Shown here: piece after piece, positions 27,896 through 37,477 of the stretch
Numbering within the stretch: position 1 is the first letter of the stretch
Layout: the number at the start of each line of letters is the position of its first letter
DNA from: a virus
IMG/VR virus record: IMGVR_UViG_3300035157_000972
Direction: 5' to 3' (one strand)
Length of the DNA stretch: 64,000 nucleotides
Made by a program: the position numbers and the translations under genes
The notes under the pieces: model-generated
The model's input: the letters and a program-made list of their open reading frames with translations, nothing else
The model's database searches: none
What the model was told of the DNA's origin: nothing

Positions 27896-28639
27896 GTGTT
27901 CAATAGGGTAAGAAAACACATTTCAGCGTCAGATCTTCGTCGATTGAACGAGGGTCTGACTTTGAAGTTTAGAGATAAATTAAATCCAGTATTTTGGGGT
28001 CCATCTGGTCTAAAATCCATAGTCAGAGAGAAATTAATGGACTTTGGAAAGGCATTTGCAGACTATGCAGAGATACCAGAGGCAGGAATCGTAGATATTT
28101 TGATGTTGGGAGGTAATGCAGGGTATAATTACACCAAATATTCTGACATTGATGTGCATTTAGTGGTAGATCCTAAGTATGTGCCCGATTGTGACCCAGA
28201 ATTGATAGATGATTACTACATGGATAAGAAAACTCTATGGGAGTTGACTCATGATATAAAAATCTATGGTGTACAGGCAGAACCATACATTGAGAGACCC
28301 GGAATCACTAGAAAGAAGAGTCAGGGTGTCTACAGTCTACTAAAAAACAGGTTTATACAGGAACCACAGCGATTTGATGGTGAACTAGACGAAAGGGAAC
28401 TAGAAAAGAAGACAAATAACATCAAGGGTAAGATAGACAGACTTGTGGATAGTGACAATGGTGTCGGATTACGTGCTATAATGAAGAAACTAAGAGCAGC
28501 AAGGCAGGCATCACTCGATTCCTTTGGAGAATATGGATTTGAGAACCTTGTGTTCAAAGAACTAAGAAATAGTGGTTACATTGACAAAGTAAGGGATACC
28601 GTGCTAAAATTAAACTCAAGAAACCTATCCTTGACATGA
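27896..28639 (+). CDS. Pol-beta-superfamily nucleotidyltransferase-like protein
   Basis: GGNAGYNYTKYSDIDVH (G-x-D-x-D); late promoter TCTAAATA at 27869. Confidence 0.7.
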   Translation: MFNRVRKHISASDLRRLNEGLTLKFRDKLNPVFWGPSGLKSIVREKLMDFGKAFADYAEIPEAGIVDILMLGGNAGYNYTKYSDIDVHLVVDPKYVPDCDPELIDDYYMDKKTLWELTHDIKIYGVQAEPYIERPGITRKKSQGVYSLLKNRFIQEPQRFDGELDERELEKKTNNIKGKIDRLVDSDNGVGLRAIMKKLRAARQASLDSFGEYGFENLVFKELRNSGYIDKVRDTVLKLNSRNLSLT

Positions 28640-28911
28640 TACAAATATTATTATTGAAGAATCACACTGTTCTAATCGCTAGAATAGAGGAAGTTGGTTC
28701 TGAAATGGGTGAACCCGACTGCAAACTCATAGAACCATATGAATTGAAGCAAGAGAATGGTGAGAATTTCTTGACATCATGGCCAAGTTTCACAACACAG
28801 AAAGAATTGATGATTCATTCTGATAGTATACTAACTATGGTGCAACCTGATAAAGATCAACTCGATAAGTACCAAACACTCACAGCAAAACCTAGCATCA
28901 CTGTAAAATGA
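28636..28911 (+). CDS. Conserved hypothetical protein upstream of g43
   Basis: GEPDCKLIEPY motif. Confidence 0.7.
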   Translation: MIQILLLKNHTVLIARIEEVGSEMGEPDCKLIEPYELKQENGENFLTSWPSFTTQKELMIHSDSILTMVQPDKDQLDKYQTLTAKPSITVK

Positions 28912-31403
28912 GATATTACACCAACGTTCAGATGGTCGGCAACGACTTTCTGGTTCGTGGTTATGAGAATGGCAGGTCATTTACATCACGAGACGACTTT
29001 CAACCCACTTTGTTTGTCCCCAGTAAGAAGAAAACAAAGTATAGAACCTTGGATGGGAAGTATGTTGGTGAGGTAAAACCGGGAAACGTAAGAGATTGTA
29101 GAGAATTTATAAGATCGCATGAGAATATAGAAAAGTTCCCTATCTATGGCAATCGTAGATACATCTATCAATATATTTCAGACAAGTATCCAGAAGATGA
29201 GATAAAGTTTGATCTCAACAACATGAAACTCGTCACAATTGATATTGAGGTGAAGTCAGAGAATGGATTCCCCTCTGTAGAGAAGTGTGATGAAGAGATG
29301 TTGCTCATATCATTACTAGATTTCTCATCAAAGAAGATACTTACCTTTGGTGTTGGTCCTTTTGACAATAAGGATAAGGATGTAACTTATATCAGGTGTG
29401 TGGATGAGTATGATATGCTACAAAGATTCCTAGCATACTGGCAACAGAATACACCAGAGATTGTGACAGGATGGAACTGTACATTATACGATATACCATA
29501 CCTTGCAAAGAGAATCACTCGTATTCTAGGTGAGAAAGCATCAAAGCAACTATCTCCATGGGGTCTAGTAACTCATGAAGAGATCTTTATACAGGGTAGA
29601 GGGCATCTACAGTATGATATTGCAGGTGTTACTGTTCTAGACTACCTTGATCTGTACAAGAAGTTCACATACAAGGCACAAGAGTCATACAGATTGGACT
29701 ACATTGCATCTGTAGAACTAGGGCAGAAGAAATTAGACCATGATGAGTTTGATACCTTCAAAGATTTCTATACAAATGGATGGCAGAAGTTTGTAGAATA
29801 CAACATCGTTGACGTAAAACTTGTTGACGCTCTCGAAGAGAAGATGAAGTTGATTGAACTTGCTGTGACCATGGCATTTGATGCTAAAGTCAACTTCAAT
29901 GATGTATTCTATCAGGTTCGTATGTGGGATATGATTATCTACAACGACTTGAAGAAAAAGAATATTGTTATACCACCAAAGCAGGATGAAGATAAAGCAG
30001 ATAGGTATGCAGGTGCATATGTAAAAGAACCAAAACCGGGTGTATATGATTGGGTTGTGTCTTTTGACTTGAACAGTCTATATCCTCATCTTATAATGCA
30101 ATATAATATTTCACCAGAGACTTTACTGGATGAAAGATATCGTGGTGTGAGTGTGGATAAGTTATTGAACGAAGAAGTAGATCTATCTGGTCTCAAAGAT
30201 GTCACTGTGTGTCCAAATGGTGCTGTATTTACCACTAAAAAGAGGGGTTTTTTACCCAAAATAATGGACAAAATATACAGTGAACGAGTCATCTTCAAGA
30301 AGAAGATGCTCAAGGCAAAGCAAGAGTATGAGAAGTCTCCTACCAAGGCATTGGAAAGAGAGATTGCTCGCTGTAATAATATACAGATGGCAAAGAAGAT
30401 TCAACTCAACTCTGCCTATGGTGCTATCGGTAATAACTATTTCCGTTATTACAAATTGGCAAACGCTGAAGCAATTACTTTAGGTGGTCAGTTCTCTATT
30501 CGTTGGATCGAGAACAAGATGAACATCTACATGAACAAAATACTAAAAACTAAGGAGGTTGATTATGTTATTGCTAGTGATACTGACTCTATCTATTTGC
30601 ACATGGGTCCTCTTGTTGAAGTTATATACAAAGAACGAGAGAAGACTACTGAAGGCATTGTTGGGTTCCTTGACAAGATCTGTAATGTGGAACTTGAAAG
30701 GTATATTTCGAGTTCTTACGAAGCGTTGGCCACGTACGTCAACGCTTACGAGCAGAAGATGTTCATGAAGCGTGAGACAATAGCAGAGAGAGGTATATGG
30801 ACAGCAAAGAAAAGATATATTCTAAATGCATGGGACATAGAAGGTGTAAGATTTGCAGAACCAAAACTGAAGATGATGGGTATTGAAGCAGTCAAATCAT
30901 CTACACCTGCACCATGTAGAACTCTTATCAGAGATGCATTGAAAGTTATACTAACACAGACAGAACAAGATGTAATAGACTTTGTAGAACAAGCAAGAGT
31001 GGACTTCAAGAAGTTACCTGCAGAGGAGATTGCATTTCCTAGATCAGTCTCAAATGTTACGAAGTATAAAAGTGCAAGTGGCATATATGCCAAGGGTACA
31101 CCTATACATTCTAGGGGATCCTTACTTTTCAATCATCACATAAAGAAAAATAAACTAGATAATAAGTATAATATGATAAACAATGGCGAAAAGATAAAGT
31201 TTGTTTACCTCAAGAAACCCAATCCGATTCATGAAAATGTTATTTCGTTTATCAACCAATTTCCCAGTGAGTTAGGGTTACAAAAATATATCGACTACGA
31301 TTTACAATTCAATAAATCTTTTATCGAACCCGTTAGGGCGATTCTAGATGCGATTGGGTGGTCACTTGAGAAAACTGCAACACTTGAATCTTTCTTCATT
31401 TAG
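28908..31403 (+). CDS. g43: DNA polymerase, family B (gp43)
   Basis: DIE exonuclease, SFDLNSLYP, K...NSAYG, DTDS. Confidence 0.99.
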   Translation: MRYYTNVQMVGNDFLVRGYENGRSFTSRDDFQPTLFVPSKKKTKYRTLDGKYVGEVKPGNVRDCREFIRSHENIEKFPIYGNRRYIYQYISDKYPEDEIKFDLNNMKLVTIDIEVKSENGFPSVEKCDEEMLLISLLDFSSKKILTFGVGPFDNKDKDVTYIRCVDEYDMLQRFLAYWQQNTPEIVTGWNCTLYDIPYLAKRITRILGEKASKQLSPWGLVTHEEIFIQGRGHLQYDIAGVTVLDYLDLYKKFTYKAQESYRLDYIASVELGQKKLDHDEFDTFKDFYTNGWQKFVEYNIVDVKLVDALEEKMKLIELAVTMAFDAKVNFNDVFYQVRMWDMIIYNDLKKKNIVIPPKQDEDKADRYAGAYVKEPKPGVYDWVVSFDLNSLYPHLIMQYNISPETLLDERYRGVSVDKLLNEEVDLSGLKDVTVCPNGAVFTTKKRGFLPKIMDKIYSERVIFKKKMLKAKQEYEKSPTKALEREIARCNNIQMAKKIQLNSAYGAIGNNYFRYYKLANAEAITLGGQFSIRWIENKMNIYMNKILKTKEVDYVIASDTDSIYLHMGPLVEVIYKEREKTTEGIVGFLDKICNVELERYISSSYEALATYVNAYEQKMFMKRETIAERGIWTAKKRYILNAWDIEGVRFAEPKLKMMGIEAVKSSTPAPCRTLIRDALKVILTQTEQDVIDFVEQARVDFKKLPAEEIAFPRSVSNVTKYKSASGIYAKGTPIHSRGSLLFNHHIKKNKLDNKYNMINNGEKIKFVYLKKPNPIHENVISFINQFPSELGLQKYIDYDLQFNKSFIEPVRAILDAIGWSLEKTATLESFFI

Positions 31404-31433
31404 TGCTATACTTTTAGAATCAGGACATTTATT

Positions 31434-31604
31434 TTGGATTTACCAATCAACGACAGAGAACTTGGAGTCATTGTCAACGCATTGACACTTGGCGGAGATA
31501 CCGCCCTATATCAAAAATTGAAGTTGGTGAAGGAGACTAGGGAAGCACATCCCGGTGGTCCTTACAAAAAGATCCTACGAGAAACACACGGAATGGTAAT
31601 TTGA
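31434..31604 (+). CDS. 56-aa hypothetical protein (TTG start, MDLPINDRELGVIV...)
   Basis: AGGA upstream; TGATG overlap with uvsX. Confidence 0.6.
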   Translation: MDLPINDRELGVIVNALTLGGDTALYQKLKLVKETREAHPGGPYKKILRETHGMVI

Positions 31605-32641
31605 TGAACTTTTTTGATGATGTAATCAAAGACATAGGAAAAGACACTGCAAAGTTGTCAAAGAATCTAGAGGAATCACATTCCTTTCTAGACACTGGTT
31701 CCTATATCTTCAATGCACTCTGTAGCACATCCATCTTTGGAGGTGTATCTGACAATAAAATTACTGCTATCGCAGGATCAGAAGCAACGGGCAAAACTTT
31801 CTTTGCCCTTTCTATCTGTAATAATTTTATGAAGCAGAACCCTAAAGGAGGAGTTGTATACTTTGACACAGAGGGTGCTATAACAAAAGAACTATTAGAG
31901 AAAAGGGGAATGGACCCCACAGGTAAGCAGTTCCTGACAATTGACTGTTTGACTGTAGAAGACTTCAGAAATGTTGCATATAAAATACTAGACAAGTATA
32001 ATAGTCAGGTAGAGGAAGATCGACAACCAATGCTTATGGTTCTCGATTCTCTAGGAAACCTTTCTACAGAAAAAGAAACCAAAGATATAGCGGATGGTAA
32101 GTCGGTTCGTGACATGTCTAAGGCACAACTTGTAAAAGGTGCATTCAGAGTTCTAACACAGAAACTCAGTATTGCCAAAGTCCCACTTATCGTTCTAAAT
32201 CACACCTATGATGTTATCGGTTCTTACGTGCCCACAAAAGAGATGGGCGGTGGTAGCGGTCTCAAGTATGCTGCCACTACTATCATATACCTATCTAAAT
32301 CTCAAGAAAAAGAGGGATCAGAAAGAGTCGGAAACATTATCAAGGCAAAGGTTATTAAGTCGCGTATAAGCAAGGAGAACGAACAGATTGCCACACGTCT
32401 ATACTATGATAAACGTGGTCTAGACAAGTACTATGGTCTTCTTGAACTTGCTGAGAAAGGCGGTATCTGGAAGAAAGTCTCAACTCGTTATGAAGTTGAT
32501 GGCAAAAAAATATATGGTTCTGAGATACTCAAGAACCCTGAGAAATACTTCACCCAAGAAGTATTAGAACAAATTGACACTGTTGCAAAACAAACTTTTA
32601 GTTATGGAAACGGAGAGAGTACCACTAACGATTCTGAGTAA
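31604..32641 (+). CDS. uvsX: RecA-like recombinase UvsX
   Basis: GSEATGKT, YFDTE, DSLGNLS, MGGGSGLKYAA. Confidence 0.96.
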   Translation: MNFFDDVIKDIGKDTAKLSKNLEESHSFLDTGSYIFNALCSTSIFGGVSDNKITAIAGSEATGKTFFALSICNNFMKQNPKGGVVYFDTEGAITKELLEKRGMDPTGKQFLTIDCLTVEDFRNVAYKILDKYNSQVEEDRQPMLMVLDSLGNLSTEKETKDIADGKSVRDMSKAQLVKGAFRVLTQKLSIAKVPLIVLNHTYDVIGSYVPTKEMGGGSGLKYAATTIIYLSKSQEKEGSERVGNIIKAKVIKSRISKENEQIATRLYYDKRGLDKYYGLLELAEKGGIWKKVSTRYEVDGKKIYGSEILKNPEKYFTQEVLEQIDTVAKQTFSYGNGESTTNDSE

Positions 32642-33983
32642 TCTACTTCACGATGAAGTATATGCTCGTAAGGTTCTCCCATTTATTCGTGATGAATACT
32701 TTGAAGAGAGAACTGATCGTGTAGTGTTCCAACAAATTGCAGAATATGTCAAGGCATATGATGGACTTCCTACCAAAGAAGTTCTTCATATTGAGGCAGA
32801 GAAACGTGATGATCTTACACAAGATGAGTTTTCTCTAGTTGAGAACTTGATTGATGCTTTGCATGAGTCAACATCTGAAAGAGCATGGGCAGAAGATACC
32901 ACAGAGTCATGGTGTAAAGAGAGAGCAATATATCTTGCATTGATGAAGAGTATTCAGATTGCTGATGGGCAAGATGAGAAGCACAATAATGATGCTATAC
33001 CAGACATACTCAAGGATGCACTATCAGTAGGATTTGATCAGCATGTAGGTCATGATTATATCGATGATTCAGAAGGAAGATATGAGTACTATCATAGAAA
33101 AGAAAACAAGATAGAGTTTGACCTTGAGATGTTCAATAAGATCACTGCAGGTGGTGTATCCAACAAGACTTTGAACATTGCACTTGCAGGAACAGGTGTT
33201 GGTAAATCTCTATTCATGTGTCACTATGCTGCTAGTGTCTTACTACAGGGTAAGAATGTTTTATATGTTACCTGTGAGATGGCAGAAGAAAAGATTGCAG
33301 AAAGAATTGATGCCAATCTACTGAATACAAATATCAAGGAAGTTGCAGAACTACCTAAGACTGTATTTGAAAAGAAAGTAAACAAACTCAGAGAAAAAAC
33401 TCAGGGTAAATTGATCATCAAAGAATACCCTACTGCATCTGCACATGTAGGACATTTCAGATCATTGTTGAGTGAATTGAAACTCAAGAAAAATTTCACA
33501 CCTGATATAATCTTCATCGATTATCTAAACATCTGTGCATCATCAAGATATAGAAGTGCAGTCAATGTAAACTCATACAATTATGTCAAAGCAATAGCAG
33601 AAGAACTTCGTGGTCTTGCTGTAGAATTTGATGTACCGATCTTCTCTGCAACTCAGACTACAAGGAGTGGTTTTACTAGCACTGACCCTGATCTTACAGA
33701 TACATCAGAGTCATTTGGTCTTCCTGCAACTGCTGACCTCATGATTGCACTTATCAGTAGTGATGAACTAGAACAACTAGGTCAGATCATGGTCAAACAA
33801 CTCAAAAATAGATACAACGATCCGACATATAACAAAAGATTTGTTGTAGGTATTGACAGACCAAAGATGAGATTGTATGATTGTGAACAAGAAGCACAGG
33901 ATGACATCTTAGACACGAATGTGGACACTCATACATCACCTTCTCAAGATTCCAAAGCAAAATTCAATGACTGGAAGTTCTAA
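32604..33983 (+). CDS. g41: Replicative helicase (gp41)
   Basis: AGTGVGKS, IDYLNI, SATQTTR, SESFGLPATAD. Confidence 0.97.
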   Translation: METERVPLTILSNLLHDEVYARKVLPFIRDEYFEERTDRVVFQQIAEYVKAYDGLPTKEVLHIEAEKRDDLTQDEFSLVENLIDALHESTSERAWAEDTTESWCKERAIYLALMKSIQIADGQDEKHNNDAIPDILKDALSVGFDQHVGHDYIDDSEGRYEYYHRKENKIEFDLEMFNKITAGGVSNKTLNIALAGTGVGKSLFMCHYAASVLLQGKNVLYVTCEMAEEKIAERIDANLLNTNIKEVAELPKTVFEKKVNKLREKTQGKLIIKEYPTASAHVGHFRSLLSELKLKKNFTPDIIFIDYLNICASSRYRSAVNVNSYNYVKAIAEELRGLAVEFDVPIFSATQTTRSGFTSTDPDLTDTSESFGLPATADLMIALISSDELEQLGQIMVKQLKNRYNDPTYNKRFVVGIDRPKMRLYDCEQEAQDDILDTNVDTHTSPSQDSKAKFNDWKF

Positions 33984-34054
33984 ATCTTACGCTGATGTAA
34001 TGAAAACTTACAAAGTCAATTACTGTGCTATAATAAAACAAAATTGGAGTGATT

Positions 34055-34510
34055 ATGTCCGGAGATTTTCAGACACACAAGGATAACCAACCACATAAAA
34101 CCTATGCCAAAGTGGACTTGGATAAGTATGCTGTATTCGTGGATGGTGTCACATCCGATCCCAGTAAAAATTATCAATCGTTTATTGACAGTCTTAGTTC
34201 CCTTGATGGAAAGGGTGCCCATATTGAACGTCTTCTTACTGCTTCCGTTGGTATTAGTGCTGAAGGCGGTGAGTTTATGGAGATCGTCAAAAAGATTATA
34301 TTTCAAGGTAAACCTTGGAACCACGATAATAGAGAACATCTTATTATTGAGTTGGGTGATGTTATGTGGTACGTGATGCAGGCATGTGCTGCCTTGAACG
34401 TGACCCTTGATGAGGTCATAGAAGGCAACGTAGAAAAACTCAAGAAGCGTTACCCCGGTGGGGATTTTGATGTTCACTACTCAGAAAATAGAGCAGCAAA
34501 CGACAGGTAG
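34055..34510 (+). CDS. mazG: MazG-family nucleotide pyrophosphohydrolase
   Basis: AEGGEFMEIVKK, ELGDVMWY. Confidence 0.93.
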   Translation: MSGDFQTHKDNQPHKTYAKVDLDKYAVFVDGVTSDPSKNYQSFIDSLSSLDGKGAHIERLLTASVGISAEGGEFMEIVKKIIFQGKPWNHDNREHLIIELGDVMWYVMQACAALNVTLDEVIEGNVEKLKKRYPGGDFDVHYSENRAANDR

Positions 34511-34544
34511 TTGACAAGTATGTAAAGTTGTGTTACTATAAATA
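34511..34544 (+). promoter_or_regulatory. psbA promoter: sigma70 + overlapping late promoter + HLR1-like box
   Basis: TTGACA-17-TACTAT; TATAAATA at 34537-34544; minus strand GTAACACA-AC-TTTACATA. Confidence 0.8.
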
Positions 34545-34552
34545 ACGTTAGT

Positions 34553-34715
34553 GAGATCTTGATCTCAACACAATACGAAGGACCCGAAAGTATCGTAACC
34601 CTGAGTACAACTGCTCTCAAACCAAGACCTATAGGCAGTATAATACTTCGTCTTTTATCCTGTAGTGAGGGATTACAGGAAATAAGTTTCGCATGTACCC
34701 TTCATGCCCTACTTA
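34553..34715 (+). ncRNA. Structured psbA 5' UTR (PhotoRC-II-like candidate)
   Basis: Several stems including TCCTGTAGT-GAGGG-ATTACAGGA and GCATG-TACCCTT-CATGC with complementary loops. Confidence 0.65.
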
Positions 34716-34730
34716 CAAACGTCTTTTTAA

Positions 34731-35819
34731 ATGACAACCTCTAACTTAACACGTAGATCAGGTGGTATTCTCAAGGGATGGCCTGAGTTCTGCGAATGGG
34801 TAACTTCAACTGACAACAGAATCTATGTTGGATGGTTCGGTGTACTCATGATTCCATGCTTACTCACAGCAGCAGCATGTTTTATCGTTGCTTTCATAGC
34901 AGCACCTCCAGTCGATATCGACGGAATCCGTGAACCTGTAGCAGGTTCATTCATGTATGGTAACAACATCATCTCAGGTGCAGTTGTACCATCTTCAAAC
35001 GCAATTGGTCTTCACTTCTATCCTATCTGGGAAGCAGCAACTCTAGATGAGTGGTTGTATAATGGTGGTCCTTATCAGTTAGTAATCTTCCACTTCCTTA
35101 TTGGAATTTCTGCCTACATGGGTAGACAGTGGGAACTATCCTACAGATTAGGAATGAGACCATGGATCTGTGTAGCATACTCTGCTCCAGTGTCAGCAGC
35201 ATTTGCTGTATTCTTAGTGTATCCTTTCGGTCAGGGATCTTTCTCAGACGGAATGCCTTTAGGTATATCAGGTACATTTAACTTCATGTTCGTGTTCCAA
35301 GCAGAACATAACATCCTTATGCATCCTTTCCATATGGCAGGTGTAGCAGGTATGTTTGGGGGTTCACTCTTTAGTGCAATGCACGGTTCTTTAGTTACTT
35401 CATCTCTAATCAGAGAAACTACAGAAGTTGAGTCTCAGAACTATGGTTATAAATTTGGTCAAGAAGAAGAAACATATAATATCGTGGCAGCACACGGATA
35501 TTTCGGAAGACTTATTTTCCAATATGCTTCTTTCAACAACTCAAGAAGTTTACACTTCTTCCTAGCAACATTCCCAGTTGTTTGTGTATGGTTGACCTCT
35601 ATGGGTATCTGTACAATGGCATTCAACCTAAACGGATTCAACTTCAACCAGTCTGTTGTGGACGCTAATGGTAAAGTTGTACCAACATGGGGAGATGTTC
35701 TAAACAGAGCAAACCTTGGAATGGAAGTTATGCATGAAAGAAATGCACACAACTTCCCATTAGACCTAGCATCTGCTGAGTCTTCACAGGTTGCTTTGAC
35801 AGCACCATCAATAGGTTAG
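34731..35819 (+). CDS. psbA: Photosystem II D1 protein
   Basis: [31 protein letters not shown]; uninterrupted. Confidence 0.99.
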   Translation: MTTSNLTRRSGGILKGWPEFCEWVTSTDNRIYVGWFGVLMIPCLLTAAACFIVAFIAAPPVDIDGIREPVAGSFMYGNNIISGAVVPSSNAIGLHFYPIWEAATLDEWLYNGGPYQLVIFHFLIGISAYMGRQWELSYRLGMRPWICVAYSAPVSAAFAVFLVYPFGQGSFSDGMPLGISGTFNFMFVFQAEHNILMHPFHMAGVAGMFGGSLFSAMHGSLVTSSLIRETTEVESQNYGYKFGQEEETYNIVAAHGYFGRLIFQYASFNNSRSLHFFLATFPVVCVWLTSMGICTMAFNLNGFNFNQSVVDANGKVVPTWGDVLNRANLGMEVMHERNAHNFPLDLASAESSQVALTAPSIG

Positions 35820-35846
35820 ACCTATCACTGAGGAGCACAAGTGTAA

Positions 35847-35960
35847 ATGACTCACATAAAAGCGAAGATCTTAGGGATCTCGCCTGAGTACCACGGCATT
35901 TTAGAATTTGCTTTCTTTCTTGGAGTTGGTATTACAGCAGGATCTCTAGGTCTCATATAA
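35847..35960 (+). CDS. 37-aa TM micro-protein downstream of psbA
   Basis: GAGGAG upstream; MTHIKAKILGISPEYHGILEFAFFLGVGITAGSLGLI; stop precedes the terminator. Confidence 0.65.
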   Translation: MTHIKAKILGISPEYHGILEFAFFLGVGITAGSLGLI

Positions 35961-35961
35961 A

Positions 35962-35993
35962 AATAAATACCTCCATAACGGGGGTATTTTTTT
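35962..35993 (+). terminator. psbA operon terminator with an embedded late promoter
   Basis: AAATACCTCC-ATAAC-GGGGGTATTT plus T run; AATAAATA at 35962-35969. Confidence 0.8.
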
Positions 35994-37166
35994 ATGGCAA
36001 AAATTTCTGCTAACAGAGGAGACATAGCAGAAGGTATCATGGGTGCTGCTTTGACAGCAAAGTTTATAAAAAGACAATTGGGACAAACTGTAAAAGATCT
36101 ACCTCAAGTAAATGCTACTGATGTAGATGCAGTTCTAGCAAAATTTTTTAGAAGCGGTGGTTTATATAAAAAAACTGTAAGAGATGTTCCTAAACCTATT
36201 GAGATACCATTTCAAGAAGGAATAGATTCTGTTACTGGAGGGGCAGCGTTTGCAACAGAGACAACTGTAAACATTATAAGAGAGTTGATGTTTGAAGATA
36301 AGGTTATATTCAAACTTACTCTACCTCAAGCAGCAATGACCTTTCTGTCTAGACAATCAAATCGAACTCAGGTCAGAGACATATTCGACAGAGCAATAAG
36401 ATATGCTAATACTGATGCTACTTTTATAAGAGAAGCAAATAGGTTAGCAACTAATGCTAAGAATGATAAGATACTTGTAGATGCTGATGGTGTAAGTAAT
36501 CAATTACAAACTAAGGTAGATATAGGATTATTTGCTAATGGTAGAAAGATAGGAAAACAGATCTCACTCAAGACTGAAAGTGGCAGACAGTTTGATCAGG
36601 TTGTTGGATTTGGTATTGCTGAATTTGATAAACTTTTTTCTGATAACTTAGGAATTCTTGTGGATACTGCTGTGAAAACTGCAGTCAATAATTACATAAC
36701 GGAATTCAATGTGACTGATGCATATTCTTTCAGAGCACAGACAAGTAAGGATGTTACCGGAAGTGTCTGGGCAAGTAAACTGAAAAAGGCAGCAACGATA
36801 TATTATAAAGGTGCAGAGAAAGTAATCAAAACTAAGATCGATGCATTAGGTTTTAGAAGAAAACTTGCAAACACAATCAGAGTTGGGGCAACAAGAGGTG
36901 ATGATGACCTACAATTAGTCAAGTTTGCAGGGGCACAGGGTACATATTCTGAGAGAACTTTTGGTCCAGAGTTTGAGGATGCTGTTGAGAATGCTGATCT
37001 ATCATTAGAAACTAATTTTACAGACAACCCGACTATCAAAATTATGAGTAATAATAAACTATTAGTTCAGTTTCGTGCTAGAGTAGATGCAGATAAAAGG
37101 GCAACTGGGTATCGTATCAAACTCAGGCAAGTTCTTGAAGCAGGCACAGGATTATTTTACCTATGA
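35994..37166 (+). CDS. Hypothetical protein, possible PD-(D/E)xK nuclease fold
   Basis: N-terminal GDIAEG helix and KVDI-x9-KQISLK motif. Confidence 0.5.
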   Translation: MAKISANRGDIAEGIMGAALTAKFIKRQLGQTVKDLPQVNATDVDAVLAKFFRSGGLYKKTVRDVPKPIEIPFQEGIDSVTGGAAFATETTVNIIRELMFEDKVIFKLTLPQAAMTFLSRQSNRTQVRDIFDRAIRYANTDATFIREANRLATNAKNDKILVDADGVSNQLQTKVDIGLFANGRKIGKQISLKTESGRQFDQVVGFGIAEFDKLFSDNLGILVDTAVKTAVNNYITEFNVTDAYSFRAQTSKDVTGSVWASKLKKAATIYYKGAEKVIKTKIDALGFRRKLANTIRVGATRGDDDLQLVKFAGAQGTYSERTFGPEFEDAVENADLSLETNFTDNPTIKIMSNNKLLVQFRARVDADKRATGYRIKLRQVLEAGTGLFYL

Positions 37167-37477
37167 TTGAAGATCTAATGGACGAACTTATCTTTCAATA
37201 CACTAGAGATAAGAAAAAAGTAGCACCTTTGAAAACAGAACTAGAGACCTTCACTCAGTTCTACCTAGACTTTATTGAGGGTCTACAGGATAACAAGCAT
37301 AAATATATTCAATACAAGACGCTAGGTTTAGCGTTGATCGATCAAAACAAAACTCAATTTTATAAACGAATCCGTGAAGGCATACGCACAATTCATCTCA
37401 GAAGCACGAACTACAAAGGCGTCGTCTCAAGCAAAACGTTTGGGTCTCGTCGGAGACGGTCACGGCGATTGGTATGA
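37163..37477 (+). CDS. Hypothetical protein
   Basis: ATGA-coupled; tail overlaps the next gene. Confidence 0.6.
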   Translation: MIEDLMDELIFQYTRDKKKVAPLKTELETFTQFYLDFIEGLQDNKHKYIQYKTLGLALIDQNKTQFYKRIREGIRTIHLRSTNYKGVVSSKTFGSRRRRSRRLV

